From the IMG/VR virus record IMGVR_UViG_3300012985_000003: DNA of 54,437 nucleotides. The stretch is one strand, 5' to 3'. Positions 29,789 through 38,719 of the stretch are shown here, in pieces. Under the pieces are notes generated by a model. That model was given only the letters and a program-made list of their open reading frames with translations. It was not told the DNA's origin and searched no databases. The stretch comes from a virus. The stretch's first letter is position 1. Each line of letters opens with the position of its first letter. The position numbers and the translations under genes were made by a program.

Positions 29789-31242
29789 GAACCAAGTTCC
29801 CCGTACACTACGTCCCGCGACCGTACCAGCAGCAGCTGCACTCGATGTGGCGGACGAAGCGCATCGGCGTCGCCGTGCTCCCGCGACAGAGCGGCAAGGA
29901 CGTGGCGATGAGCATGGAGATGGTGGAGAGCCGCCTCCGCGTCGCCAAGACGACTGGCGTCTACATCTCGCTCAACAACCCGATGATCCGCGACATCCTG
30001 TGGCAGAAGACGTACAACGACCCCGCCACCGGGCAATACATCCGCATGCTGCAGGACAACACCCCGCCCGGCTACTGTGACTGGAAGAACACGGTCATGG
30101 AGGGGGACTTCGCCAACGGCAGCCGCATGAAGCTGCAGGGCTACTTCCAGAGCGGCCAGGACACGAACGGTGTCGGTACGTCGTTCCAGGACTACGCGTT
30201 CACCGAGCTCGCGCTGTTCGGGCGCGAGGACCCGCTGCCCCGCCTCAAGCCGATCATCTCCGGTGAGCACGAGAAGAAGCGACTCATGGTCGCGAGCACC
30301 CCTCGAGGCCGGCGGAACAACCCGCTCTGGCAGCTCATGGAGAGCGAGGGCAGCCGGGCAGACTACGGCCAGATCATCTGGACGATCGACGACCTGAACG
30401 AGATGATGACGCGGGAGGGCCTGCCGCCCGTCCGGAGCAAGGCGGCTCTCGAGAGCGACCGGGAGAGCTATCGCAAGCGGTTCGGCAACGACCGCATGTT
30501 CATGCAGGAGTACTACGTCGACTTCGACGAGATGGACGCTGCCGCCGTCTACGGCGAGGCGTACATCGACCTCATCAACGACCGCCGGGCAGAGACCTTC
30601 AACCTCGACGTGGGCCACCCCGTCTACGTCGCGTTCGACATCGGCTCGTCGGGCCAGCACTCGGACGCGACGGCCTGGATCGCGTTCCAGTGGATCAATG
30701 GCCGCCTGTTCCTCTACGACTGCGGCGAGGGCCACGGCAAGGCGCTGCCGGAGTACGTGGACGTGCTGCGCGAGAAGCCGTACTTCAACCGCATCGCGCA
30801 GATCATCCTGCCGTGGGACGGCGAGCACCACGAGAAGGCGGTCAACACGACCCCCGCCGACATGATGCGGCAGAAGTTCCCCAACGTCGCCGTGCTCGCG
30901 AAGAGCAACAAGGTCTGGAAGATCCCCGGCTCGCGTGCCGGCGACTACGACCTCATCACCGACATCCAGCAGGTCCGCATCCAGCTCTACAACACCATCA
31001 TCCACTCGGCCAACTGCGACTGGCTGATGAGCTGCCTGGAGCAGTACAAGTACGAGTACAACGCGAAGCTGCAGGAGTGGAGCGGAAAGCCGCTGCACGA
31101 CAAGTACTCGCACATGATGGACGCGCTGCGGTACGTCGTGCAGGCGACCAAGGAACTGCAGTTCTTCGGCGGCAACATGTTCGAGGCCGCCGGCGGGAGC
31201 GCCTCGACGTACACTGAGGATTGGAGCGGAGTGTGGGCGTGA
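29785..31242 (+). CDS. terL: Terminase large subunit
   Basis: GTGA-coupled start. The N-terminus PRPYQQQLH...VLPRQSGKDV is Walker A-like, and the C-terminal half is nuclease-like. The protein is 485 aa. Confidence 0.8.
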   Translation: MRTKFPVHYVPRPYQQQLHSMWRTKRIGVAVLPRQSGKDVAMSMEMVESRLRVAKTTGVYISLNNPMIRDILWQKTYNDPATGQYIRMLQDNTPPGYCDWKNTVMEGDFANGSRMKLQGYFQSGQDTNGVGTSFQDYAFTELALFGREDPLPRLKPIISGEHEKKRLMVASTPRGRRNNPLWQLMESEGSRADYGQIIWTIDDLNEMMTREGLPPVRSKAALESDRESYRKRFGNDRMFMQEYYVDFDEMDAAAVYGEAYIDLINDRRAETFNLDVGHPVYVAFDIGSSGQHSDATAWIAFQWINGRLFLYDCGEGHGKALPEYVDVLREKPYFNRIAQIILPWDGEHHEKAVNTTPADMMRQKFPNVAVLAKSNKVWKIPGSRAGDYDLITDIQQVRIQLYNTIIHSANCDWLMSCLEQYKYEYNAKLQEWSGKPLHDKYSHMMDALRYVVQATKELQFFGGNMFEAAGGSASTYTEDWSGVWA

Positions 31243-31535
31243 GACGACAGAGCCAGACCGTGGCCGGCAGCCTGGAGTACGTGGCCGCACACCCGCAGGC
31301 TCGTCGGGAGCCGGAGCTCAACGACCTGACGTGGGAGCTCATCGGCCGCAAGCTGTACGAGATCGCGATGCGCCCCGACCCCCGCGTCCGGGGCGCGATG
31401 CAGCGCGCGAGCAAGGCGCAGAAGATCATCACGCTCCGCACGGTCGGGCGCCGCAAGCCCGGCTCCCACCCGGCGACGGGGCAGACGGTGGAGCTCGAGT
31501 TCGAGGACCTGACGGGAGGACAGATCAGTGTCTGA
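31239..31535 (+). CDS. Hypothetical basic protein (98 aa)
   Basis: GTG overlaps the terL stop (GTGA). Confidence 0.65.
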   Translation: MRRQSQTVAGSLEYVAAHPQARREPELNDLTWELIGRKLYEIAMRPDPRVRGAMQRASKAQKIITLRTVGRRKPGSHPATGQTVELEFEDLTGGQISV

Positions 31536-31827
31536 GGTTGCGATCCGTGGCGAGGTGGAGCGCTTCCAGAACTACCGGAAGCAGATCCCCAAGGAGCACA
31601 GGTTCTCCCTCGCGACCCGCCTCCGCTGGCTGTTCAATCAGCGCTGGGGCACCGTGCAGACTGTGCGCATGCAGTCGCCCGACACGAACGACGTCCTCGC
31701 CGCCACGATCATCTCGCAGGCGATCTGGGGCAACGACCTCGACAGCATCATCCTGATATACCAGCAGCTCGAAGGAGCTCCTCAATCGGAAGAGGCAGTG
31801 GCGGAGCAGCGCTCGATGCGCGTATAG
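31528..31827 (+). CDS. Hypothetical protein (99 aa)
   Basis: GTG 31528 overlaps the upstream stop. This is the last gene of the rightward arm. Confidence 0.65.
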   Translation: MSEVAIRGEVERFQNYRKQIPKEHRFSLATRLRWLFNQRWGTVQTVRMQSPDTNDVLAATIISQAIWGNDLDSIILIYQQLEGAPQSEEAVAEQRSMRV

Positions 31828-32041
31828 CCAGGTCTCGAGTGTGAGTGAGCCGGTACCGCTTGACCCGGACAGCGATCGGGTTCTGGCAGGCGGCGCAGGC
31901 GCAGTCGACGGGGTGCCAGTACATCTCGGCGACGCCCTGTGTATCCTCGGGCATTACACGCAGATGGTCCTCGATGAAGGGTGGGGGCGCCAGTCGCCGC
32001 CACCTGCTGAGGCTGGAATGATGCGTGCCGGGCCTACCCAC
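31748..32041 (-). CDS. Possible small Cys-containing protein (97 aa)
   Basis: GTG lies 18 nt after the stop of the 32060 gene. GC3 is good in 31840-32041 (HPVDCACAACQNP). The 3' 80 nt overlap the convergent 31528 gene. Confidence 0.3.
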   Translation of the reverse strand: MGRPGTHHSSLSRWRRLAPPPFIEDHLRVMPEDTQGVAEMYWHPVDCACAACQNPIAVRVKRYRLTHTRDLAIRASSAAPPLPLPIEELLRAAGISG

Positions 32042-32059
32042 GTTCGTCCCCCGTCCGGC

Positions 32060-32587
32060 TCACGGGTACAGGGTCTTGGCCAGGTACTCGGCGTAGAGCT
32101 CGTTGGTCCGGGGCCGGTGGGTCCTGATGTAGAACCCCTGGGGCACTCGGTAGCAGTTGAGGATCTTCCGCCCGGCGATGTTCGTCTGGTAGCCCTTGCC
32201 GAAGTACCCGCGCAGGATCGTGTTGATGTGGCGCAGGTCGCTCTGCGGCTTGCCCCCGTTCTCGATGAACTCGGCGAGCGGGATACCGGTGGCCCACTCG
32301 AAGACGTGGACGCTGGCGACCCGGTGCTCCTTGCGGGGTGTCAGGTTGCGCAGGAACTTCCGCACCTCGCGCTCCCAGCGAACGAGGTTGGGGTTGCTCG
32401 GCACGATGTACTTGCTCTCGGTGAGAGGCATGCGACCTCTCTCCTCATCCGCCAGGAGAAGCTGGTCCAGGCGCGCTGACTCGCGCACGGGGCGGGCCGT
32501 CGTCGGCACGCCCCTGTAAGACCCATCCAGCTTTCCCCTGAAATGCTCTTCTGCTTCCGTGAGGAAGCTCTCTCCCGTGTCAGTCAT
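32060..32587 (-). CDS. Hypothetical protein (175 aa), a stand-alone unit at the distal end of the leftward arm
   Basis: ATG 32587 lies 6 nt after a TAGAAT box, consistent with a leaderless mRNA, and the gene follows a canonical terminator. Confidence 0.75.
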   Translation of the reverse strand: MTDTGESFLTEAEEHFRGKLDGSYRGVPTTARPVRESARLDQLLLADEERGRMPLTESKYIVPSNPNLVRWEREVRKFLRNLTPRKEHRVASVHVFEWATGIPLAEFIENGGKPQSDLRHINTILRGYFGKGYQTNIAGRKILNCYRVPQGFYIRTHRPRTNELYAEYLAKTLYP

Positions 32588-32593
32588 GACACC

Positions 32594-32622
32594 ATTCTAA
32601 CTCGCTTCGCGAAAAATTTTTT
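32594..32622 (-). promoter_or_regulatory. Promoter-like region: A6T5 tract plus TAGAAT -10 box
   Basis: The minus strand reads ctcAAAAAATTTTTCGcgaagcgagtTAGAATggtgtcATG. Confidence 0.4.
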
Positions 32623-32665
32623 GAGAAAAAAGAGAGACGGGAACCCCCGAAAGGGTTCCCGTCTC
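32623..32665 (-). terminator. Rho-independent terminator
   Basis: Perfect 13-bp stem gagacgggaaccc / gggttcccgtctc with a 6-nt loop, followed on the minus strand by tcttttttctc. Confidence 0.8.
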
Positions 32666-32667
32666 AC

Positions 32668-33003
32668 TCATCCCACCGGTTCGTCCGGCTTCTCCTGAAT
32701 GGAGAACTCGCTCTGCATGGCGTCGATGATCATCGCCATGATGATCTCCAGCTCAGGCCGGTTCGCCTCCGTCCAGTCGCTGAGCTCGAGCGGCATCGTG
32801 TCGCCGTAGGTCAGCGCCACCCGCTCCCACAGCCGGGTCTCCACCGGCCACCCCGACTCCGGGTCGAGCAGCGCCGGGAAGCGTGTGGGCTCGGTCTCTC
32901 GCCCCGGGAACGGCGTGAACGTGCCGTCCTTGTACACGCCGTAGGGGCTGGGCACCCGGACCTCGGGCGGCAGCGCCTCGCGGGCGTCATCGAGCCAGCT
33001 CAC
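32668..33003 (-). CDS. Hypothetical protein (111 aa)
   Basis: GTGA overlap with the prim-pol stop, and a real-looking C-terminal sequence in the track ORF. Confidence 0.7.
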   Translation of the reverse strand: MSWLDDAREALPPEVRVPSPYGVYKDGTFTPFPGRETEPTRFPALLDPESGWPVETRLWERVALTYGDTMPLELSDWTEANRPELEIIMAMIIDAMQSEFSIQEKPDEPVG

Positions 33004-33869
33004 GGCTGACGCTCGATGTTGCGGACGATCCGCTCGATCTCGTCCTGGTCGAGCGAGATCTCCGCGCCCCGGCGCTCGATCTCCTTCTGCCAGTCGGCGA
33101 CGCCGGCGAGGCGCAGCTTGTTGCCGATGGCGAAGAGGGTCGTGTTCCGGGTTCCCGGCTTGATGGGCTTGTCGAGCTCCATGATGAGTGCGTGCTGTGC
33201 CATGAGCATCTCCGTTTCGTCGAGTGTAGTGATCTTCCGAACCGCGTCCTGGGTGGCCGCGATCCGCTGCTTCTTCTCCTTCAGGCGCTGGCCCAGCCAG
33301 TCCGGCAGCTCGGACAGCTGGCGGTCGTTCCAGCGCTGCTGCGGCCAGTGGTAGACACAGCCCACGGCGCGGATGTCCACGCCCTGCACGATGCCGATCT
33401 GATCCGCGTACTCGCCGAAGCCCTCGTCGGTCCACGACTCCCCCGTCAGGTAGAACAGGTGGTAGCCGTTGCCGCTCTTGCTGACTTCCGCTCGCGTGGC
33501 CGGCAGGCGCCCGAGCTCGGATGCGTGCTCGAACCCGCCGTTCTTCCCGTCGATGTCGACGCACACGAGGCGTGCGCTCCGCATCACGAGAGCGAGACCG
33601 TGCTTGCCCTTGGAGTAGCCGTACATGGCTCTCCGCAGGCCGAACACTTTGTTCTCGTAGTTCTCGATGAAGCCGGGCATGGGGTCTCCGCCCGGCAACG
33701 TGGTCGGAGCGAGACCCCACCCGTTCTGGGTGGACCCGCTCGGGTAGGCACGCACGAGTGCGGGCCCGTGGTCTCCCCAGAGATCCAGCGTACCGTTCTG
33801 GTCGAGGATCTCCGTGAAGCCTTCGATGTCGTAGGTGTCAGTCCTCCACCACGGCAGTTTCGTCGCCAT
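33000..33869 (-). CDS. Bifunctional DNA primase-polymerase (prim-pol) with a PriCT-like C-terminus
   Basis: Motifs VCVDIDGKNGG and SGNGYHLFY, with C-terminal NTTLFAIGNKLRLAG. Confidence 0.8.
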   Translation of the reverse strand: MATKLPWWRTDTYDIEGFTEILDQNGTLDLWGDHGPALVRAYPSGSTQNGWGLAPTTLPGGDPMPGFIENYENKVFGLRRAMYGYSKGKHGLALVMRSARLVCVDIDGKNGGFEHASELGRLPATRAEVSKSGNGYHLFYLTGESWTDEGFGEYADQIGIVQGVDIRAVGCVYHWPQQRWNDRQLSELPDWLGQRLKEKKQRIAATQDAVRKITTLDETEMLMAQHALIMELDKPIKPGTRNTTLFAIGNKLRLAGVADWQKEIERRGAEISLDQDEIERIVRNIERQP

Positions 33870-35226
33870 CAGTACCTCCTGTGATCTGTTCGATTGCGAT
33901 CAAGGTCTCCGGGCGATAGCCTCCCAGGACCTTGCGATTCTTGACTTTGCCGTTCTCCCGCTTTGCCTTCCACTTGACGTTGAAGCTCTGCCGCACGAGG
34001 GCGAGCAGGTCTCCGTCGCTGCGCTCGGGCAGTCCCTGGGTCTGCGCCCACGGCTTGAACGAGTTGAGGAACTTGTCGAGCTCGAAGTCCACGTCTCCGA
34101 TGCGATCCAGCAGCTTCGGGTCCGTCTGGTACAGGCTCTCCAGGAACTGCAGGATCGGAGAGTTGATCCACACCTGGTCGTACTGCATCTCCGTGCTCTT
34201 CTTCGTCGGTGCCAGCTTGATTGCCAGCTCCTTCTCCTGGACGAAGTGGTCCAGGAGCAGCGAGAGCAGCGCGCCCACCATCGTCTCTCCCGTCATGCGG
34301 GAGTGGAACGCCGGGTTCATCGGATACACGTTCGGGAACGAGTACCGGATGAGTCGCTTCTGGAGGGCGGGACTCTTGTCTCGCGCCTTGGGCTCGAAGT
34401 TCAGACCCTCGATGAAGAGCGCGTTGGTCTGCACTCGGGTCGTCCCGCTCTCGTAGAGCATGCGAACCCAGAGCGGCTCGCCGGCGATGAGTGTCTTCTC
34501 GGCCGACGAGTCCTTGATGTAGCCCATCTCCCCGTCGAAGATGATGTTGAGCAGCTTGTTGTTGAGCTCGACGCAGGTCGGGCTCCGCTCTGCCATCGCC
34601 TGCCGACTGATGCTGCTGATGTTCCCGTCGCCGAAGAGCTCCGTGAGCATCGCCAGCAGCACGCCCTTGCCGTTGCGGCCCTCGCCGATGAGCAGGACGT
34701 ACTTGACGGCGCTCCACCCCGGCGCGAGCGCCGTGGCGAGGTGGTGCAGCAGCGAGTGTGCCTCGTCCTCGCTCCCGCCCAGCCACTCGACGATGGTCTT
34801 CCAGACCTCCTCCTTGTCGGAGGGATCCTCGTTGAGCGTGGGCCCGAGGAAGTTCGGGCTGAACGACCCATCGTGGTCGATCAGCTGGCCGACAGCGTTG
34901 ATGGTCTTGAGGCCCGCGTCGGTACGGATGAGCAGCGCGCCGCTGCCTCTCCCGTGCTTGGCGAACTGCTTGAGCATGAACTCGAACGACCGGGCCTCGC
35001 CGTCGTTCGCGAACAGGACGTTGAACTGGTCGTTCGCGAGCTCGAGGAGCTCGTGTCGATTGAGGGGGATCCAGATCGCCTCGCCCACGGCGGGCGGAGG
35101 ATCCATCTCCATGTTGAACCACCCTACCGGGACGTATAGCGTCCCGTTTTGATGGACGAGCTCGAAGCCCTCGGCCATGCTGCGCGCGGCCTGGGCCAGC
35201 TCCTTCTTGTCTTTGAGATCAGGCAT
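33838..35226 (-). CDS. SF3 helicase of the D5/P4 primase-helicase type
   Basis: Walker A LLIGEGRNGKGVLLAMLTELFG and the overall P4-family C-terminal domain pattern. Confidence 0.8.
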   Translation of the reverse strand: MPDLKDKKELAQAARSMAEGFELVHQNGTLYVPVGWFNMEMDPPPAVGEAIWIPLNRHELLELANDQFNVLFANDGEARSFEFMLKQFAKHGRGSGALLIRTDAGLKTINAVGQLIDHDGSFSPNFLGPTLNEDPSDKEEVWKTIVEWLGGSEDEAHSLLHHLATALAPGWSAVKYVLLIGEGRNGKGVLLAMLTELFGDGNISSISRQAMAERSPTCVELNNKLLNIIFDGEMGYIKDSSAEKTLIAGEPLWVRMLYESGTTRVQTNALFIEGLNFEPKARDKSPALQKRLIRYSFPNVYPMNPAFHSRMTGETMVGALLSLLLDHFVQEKELAIKLAPTKKSTEMQYDQVWINSPILQFLESLYQTDPKLLDRIGDVDFELDKFLNSFKPWAQTQGLPERSDGDLLALVRQSFNVKWKAKRENGKVKNRKVLGGYRPETLIAIEQITGGTDGDETAVVED

Positions 35227-35277
35227 TCCTCTCCTTGTCTGCGGTGTGGCGGCCGGGTCTCGACCGCCACACCAGTC

Positions 35278-35412
35278 TCAGTCTCCAGCGAGTTGCCGGA
35301 TCGTCTCGATCTTGTGCTCGAGCACCTCGACCCCCTCGGAGTCCAGGTCCTCGTCGAGCGCCCGGATGAGACGCTTCTCGATTGCCTCTTCGATCTTGTT
35401 ACGGTCTGCCAC
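35278..35412 (-). CDS. Small acidic helical protein (44 aa)
   Basis: GTG after AAGAAGGAGA, with high GC3. It is below the track cutoff in its true form. Confidence 0.55.
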   Translation of the reverse strand: MADRNKIEEAIEKRLIRALDEDLDSEGVEVLEHKIETIRQLAGD

Positions 35413-35455
35413 GAGTGTCTCCTTCTTTAGCGTGCCGGTCGTGCCGGCCCCACCC

Positions 35456-36706
35456 CTACGCTGTGAAGACGAACCTGTACGCGACCTTGCCGACGTAGTC
35501 CGCGGGCTTGACGACTCCTCGTGGGAGTACGCGCCCGATGAGCTGACGCCGGTGGGCGTTGTCGTCGGTGTCGTCGAGGATGATGATCGCGTCGGACACC
35601 TTGTCGATGCCGTCGCGACCCGTGGCGAGGGTAGCAGTGCCCACGAGGATGTCCCACTGCCCGGCGACGAACTCGTCGAGCAGCTTGTCCTTGAGGCCAG
35701 AGGGAGTATCACCGTCGATGTACGTGACGTTGAGCTCGTACACCGCCTTGAGCTCGGCGTAGACCAGCTTCGCGATCTCGCTGTGAACGAGGTACACGAG
35801 CACCGGCTTGTCCCGATGCTTGTCCAGGAGCTCGAGCAGCTTGGTGGCGACCTCGAACCTCATCTCCCCGGAGTCTGGGTCGATGATGTTGTGAAAGGTC
35901 TGCCGGTGCTTCTTCTCCATCTGGCTGGCCATGACGCGCTTCTTCGAGTGATCGAGGTTCCACTCCTCGAAGTCCTCGCTCTCCCACGCGGGCATCAAGA
36001 CCGGTGTCGAGATGTCTGGCGCCTCGTCCGGCACGTACACGGCGTACGGCAGGCTGGCCAGCATCTCCTCCGCCGAGGCGAAGTTGCGCAGGCGCACCAC
36101 GACCGGCATCTTGCCGAACGGGTTCTGCTCCGTGATGCAGTGCTCGTACAGCCACCCGATGAACCCGCCCTTGTTGTTGGGCGCGTCGAGGGCGTGCATC
36201 ACGCAGTACACCCGCTCCGCCTCGTTGTACTCGGGCGTCGCCGAGCCGATGATGGCTGGGGCCTTGATCTTGCGCATGTGCGCGTCGAACTTCTTCCAGC
36301 CGGCGCCGGTCTGCTTCCCGAGCAGGTGGAACTCGTCCACGATGATCGGGTCCGTCGAGTAGAACGCCGTGTCCTTCATCCGGTACTTGGCGTGGCTGAT
36401 CGTGTCGACCTGGATCCCGAGAGCGTGGCCGACCCGCCTCCAGCGGGCGTGAGTCACCGGCGGTGCGACGACCACCACTCTCTTGACGTCGACGAGGTAC
36501 ATGCAGGTGAGCATGATCTCCGTCTTGCCCTTGCCCGTGGGATAGAACACGAGCATCTTGGCCAGCATGTTGAGATCGCTGCCGCCGTACAGGCCGGTGA
36601 GCTCGATCCACCTGTCGAAGGCCGCTGTCTGGTGGCTCATCCACTCCCACTCGCCACTGTCTGTCGTGACGGTGAGAGCCTTGGCAGCGGTCTCGATCGT
36701 CCTCAT
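35456..36706 (-). CDS. SF2 (DEAD/DEAH-like) DNA helicase
   Basis: Motifs YPTGKGKT, DEFH, SATP and QLIGRVLPRG. The start has an ATGA overlap. Confidence 0.8.
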   Translation of the reverse strand: MRTIETAAKALTVTTDSGEWEWMSHQTAAFDRWIELTGLYGGSDLNMLAKMLVFYPTGKGKTEIMLTCMYLVDVKRVVVVAPPVTHARWRRVGHALGIQVDTISHAKYRMKDTAFYSTDPIIVDEFHLLGKQTGAGWKKFDAHMRKIKAPAIIGSATPEYNEAERVYCVMHALDAPNNKGGFIGWLYEHCITEQNPFGKMPVVVRLRNFASAEEMLASLPYAVYVPDEAPDISTPVLMPAWESEDFEEWNLDHSKKRVMASQMEKKHRQTFHNIIDPDSGEMRFEVATKLLELLDKHRDKPVLVYLVHSEIAKLVYAELKAVYELNVTYIDGDTPSGLKDKLLDEFVAGQWDILVGTATLATGRDGIDKVSDAIIILDDTDDNAHRRQLIGRVLPRGVVKPADYVGKVAYRFVFTA

Positions 36707-37233
36707 CGGACGCCCGGGCAGTAGTACTTCCCGGGCTTCTTGGCGATCTCGTACGTGTGCGCCGGGTGCCGCTCGTAGTGCTCGCACGGCTGGTACTCCC
36801 CGTTGTGGGCCTGGAGCCACTGGTCCATGATGTGACCCGCCTCCTGCGACTGGGCGTTGAGGTCCGGGCGGACAGCGTCCTCCGGGGCCGGGACGTAGTC
36901 GTCCGTCTGCTGCGTCTGGATCGCCGTCTTCTCCGCCGCCACCTGCTCCAGGTAGCTCGTGACGTCGCGCGCCTGGATTGTGCCGCCGTAGTTCTCGTTG
37001 ACCACCTGCAGCAGGCCCTGACGCCAGCCCTCGATGTCGTCCGTGTTGTCGCTGTAGCGCGGCGCCTGCGCCGAGCGGAACGCCTTGTACGCGAGCATCA
37101 TGAGCGGGACGTGGTAGTCCTTCACCTCGAACCCGAGGATGCCGCTCCAGATGAGCGCGGTGCGCTCCATGTTGTCGACGAACTCGCCGTAGACCTGGCG
37201 GCGCTCGTCGAGGTCGACCTTCTCTTCCTTCAT
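36703..37233 (-). CDS. Hypothetical protein (176 aa)
   Basis: The N-terminus ERRQVYGEFVDNMERTALIWSGILG...MLAYKAFRS is helical and the C-terminus has Cys/His residues. The function was not recognised. Confidence 0.75.
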   Translation of the reverse strand: MKEEKVDLDERRQVYGEFVDNMERTALIWSGILGFEVKDYHVPLMMLAYKAFRSAQAPRYSDNTDDIEGWRQGLLQVVNENYGGTIQARDVTSYLEQVAAEKTAIQTQQTDDYVPAPEDAVRPDLNAQSQEAGHIMDQWLQAHNGEYQPCEHYERHPAHTYEIAKKPGKYYCPGVR

Positions 37234-37916
37234 GGTGTCTCCTTCTTGATGCTGATCTCGTCTCCGACTCGGTAGCCGGAGATGCTCGTGTAGTGCGGGG
37301 CGATGAGTGCGTTGACGCGTTGGAGAGCCTTGTCCCAGGGCTTCCTTGCGAGCTTGTGCTCGTCGTAGAGGCGTTGCCTCTCCGCCGTGCTAGCTTGCCT
37401 CTGCTCTTCGGTCATCTCACCCCACGGCGGCTCCTCCGGCGTGTAGCGGAGGAGGCGCTGCGGCGCGTCGGTCTCTTCCTCGTAGATGACGACGATCATG
37501 CCGGCCACGTCGCTGATGATGCCGTCGATCATCTTCGTCACGCTGCGCGGGTTGACGAGCTGCAGGGCGAGGCCCCACCGCAGCTTCATCTTGCGCACGG
37601 CTGCCGCGCCCCAGCTCAGGCCGTTGTGCGAGCCGTCGAGGTTGCGCATGTAGTCGATCATGCTGCCCTTGAGACCCTTGGCAGCATTCGGCGTGGAGTA
37701 GAACCACGCGTTCAGCTCCTCGTACTTCGGGTCCGTGTGGTCCGGGACCTTCAGCTGCCACCGCTGCGTCGCCTTCCGGTGTGTCTGCGGCACGGCCGCC
37801 GGCGCCTGCTTGGGCGTGAGCGTGTCGTGCTTGCAGCCACAGTCGTTGTCACTCGCCGCATTGGGACAGCTCTTGCCGTGCGCCGCGTGGCGGCAGACGG
37901 GGCAGGTGTCACTCAT
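37230..37916 (-). CDS. Hypothetical protein with an N-terminal Cys-rich zinc-finger-like motif
   Basis: MSDTCPVCRHAAHGKSCPNAASDNDCGCKH. Confidence 0.75.
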   Translation of the reverse strand: MSDTCPVCRHAAHGKSCPNAASDNDCGCKHDTLTPKQAPAAVPQTHRKATQRWQLKVPDHTDPKYEELNAWFYSTPNAAKGLKGSMIDYMRNLDGSHNGLSWGAAAVRKMKLRWGLALQLVNPRSVTKMIDGIISDVAGMIVVIYEEETDAPQRLLRYTPEEPPWGEMTEEQRQASTAERQRLYDEHKLARKPWDKALQRVNALIAPHYTSISGYRVGDEISIKKETP

Positions 37917-37995
37917 AGTCGTCTCCCTCGTTGATGTGGTCTACGACAGCTTGGATGCTGTCGGGTCGGAACCACGGTTGCTCGTCCTCGTTCAT
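37909..37995 (-). CDS. Tiny acidic ORF (28 aa)
   Basis: ATGA overlap upstream, and its stop overlaps the next ATG. GC3 is moderately high. Confidence 0.4.
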   Translation of the reverse strand: MNEDEQPWFRPDSIQAVVDHINEGDDYE

Positions 37996-38183
37996 GAGGT
38001 GAGTGTCCGGTGTTCCTTGAGGGCGGCATACCGGAGGTACACCGCCACTGGGAGGCCGAGGATGCTCGCGGCCTCCTCGATCCTCGCCTTCTCCTCGTCG
38101 TTGACGTTCGTCTGCAGCGAGGTATCTCGGGTCTCTTTACTGGTATAGACCCCGTTCTTTACCTGATGATGTCCAGCTGCCAC
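37992..38183 (-). CDS. Ribbon-helix-helix (CopG/Arc-like) DNA-binding protein
   Basis: GTG after GAGGAGGA. The sequence TNVNDEEKARIEEAASILGLPVAVYLRYAAL matches the RHH pattern. Confidence 0.6.
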   Translation of the reverse strand: MAAGHHQVKNGVYTSKETRDTSLQTNVNDEEKARIEEAASILGLPVAVYLRYAALKEHRTLTS

Positions 38184-38662
38184 GGCCGTCCTCCTCTGTA
38201 GTCGGTCAAGTACTCGTAGATGATCCGGTTGAGCTCCGGCTGGTCCTTCTGCTTGATGGCTCCGAAGAGCGCGATGCGAGCTGCAGCCTGCAGGTCTCGG
38301 TGGTTGGTGTGTGGCATCTTCCACACGCCGAACGCCTTCATCATCGGCGTCGTCACGATCTTCTTGACGCCCATGTTCTCGAGGATCTGAGCCTTGCGCC
38401 ACTCGCGCCGGATCTCCTGCTCGAAGACGCGCATCTTGTTGTTCATCTGGTTCACCGTGCCTCGGTCACGGTAGCCCTCCACGTACATGCGGCTCCAGAC
38501 GGGAGCGATCGCACGGACGCTGATGACGAGGCCGTTGATGTCGGCCCCGTAGATGATGCGAGAGCTCACAGTCACGCGTCGCTCCACCGGCTGCAGAGTG
38601 AGCGCCACGACTCCCGTGTGGACGATGCCGGGGTCCACCCCGACCAGGGTATAATGATTCAA
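38159..38662 (-). CDS. RuvC-like Holliday junction resolvase
   Basis: TTG start after AAGGGAGA, with the N-terminal LVGVDPGIVHTGVVAL motif. Confidence 0.75.
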   Translation of the reverse strand: MNHYTLVGVDPGIVHTGVVALTLQPVERRVTVSSRIIYGADINGLVISVRAIAPVWSRMYVEGYRDRGTVNQMNNKMRVFEQEIRREWRKAQILENMGVKKIVTTPMMKAFGVWKMPHTNHRDLQAAARIALFGAIKQKDQPELNRIIYEYLTDYRGGRPWQLDIIR

Positions 38663-38686
38663 GAGTGTCTCCCTTGTTCAGACGGC

Positions 38687-38714
38687 GGGGACCCGGATTG
38701 GTCTCCGGGTCCCC
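38687..38714 (-). terminator. GC-rich hairpin after the polymerase gene (no U-tract)
   Basis: 11-bp stem ggggacccgga / tccgggtcccc with a 6-nt loop. Confidence 0.5.
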
Positions 38715-38719
38715 GTCGT

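Noticed and set aside
31841-32479. 212-aa plus-strand ORF after the last rightward gene.
   Set aside because: It is antisense to the well-supported 32060-32587 gene, has mixed third-position composition and an off-frame-like sequence.
37992-38183. Lysogeny or toxin-antitoxin module built around the RHH protein.
   Set aside because: There is no integrase, no CI/Cro-like pair, no adjacent toxin-sized partner with a recognisable fold, and no attP-like features. The RHH gene is translationally embedded in the replication operon.
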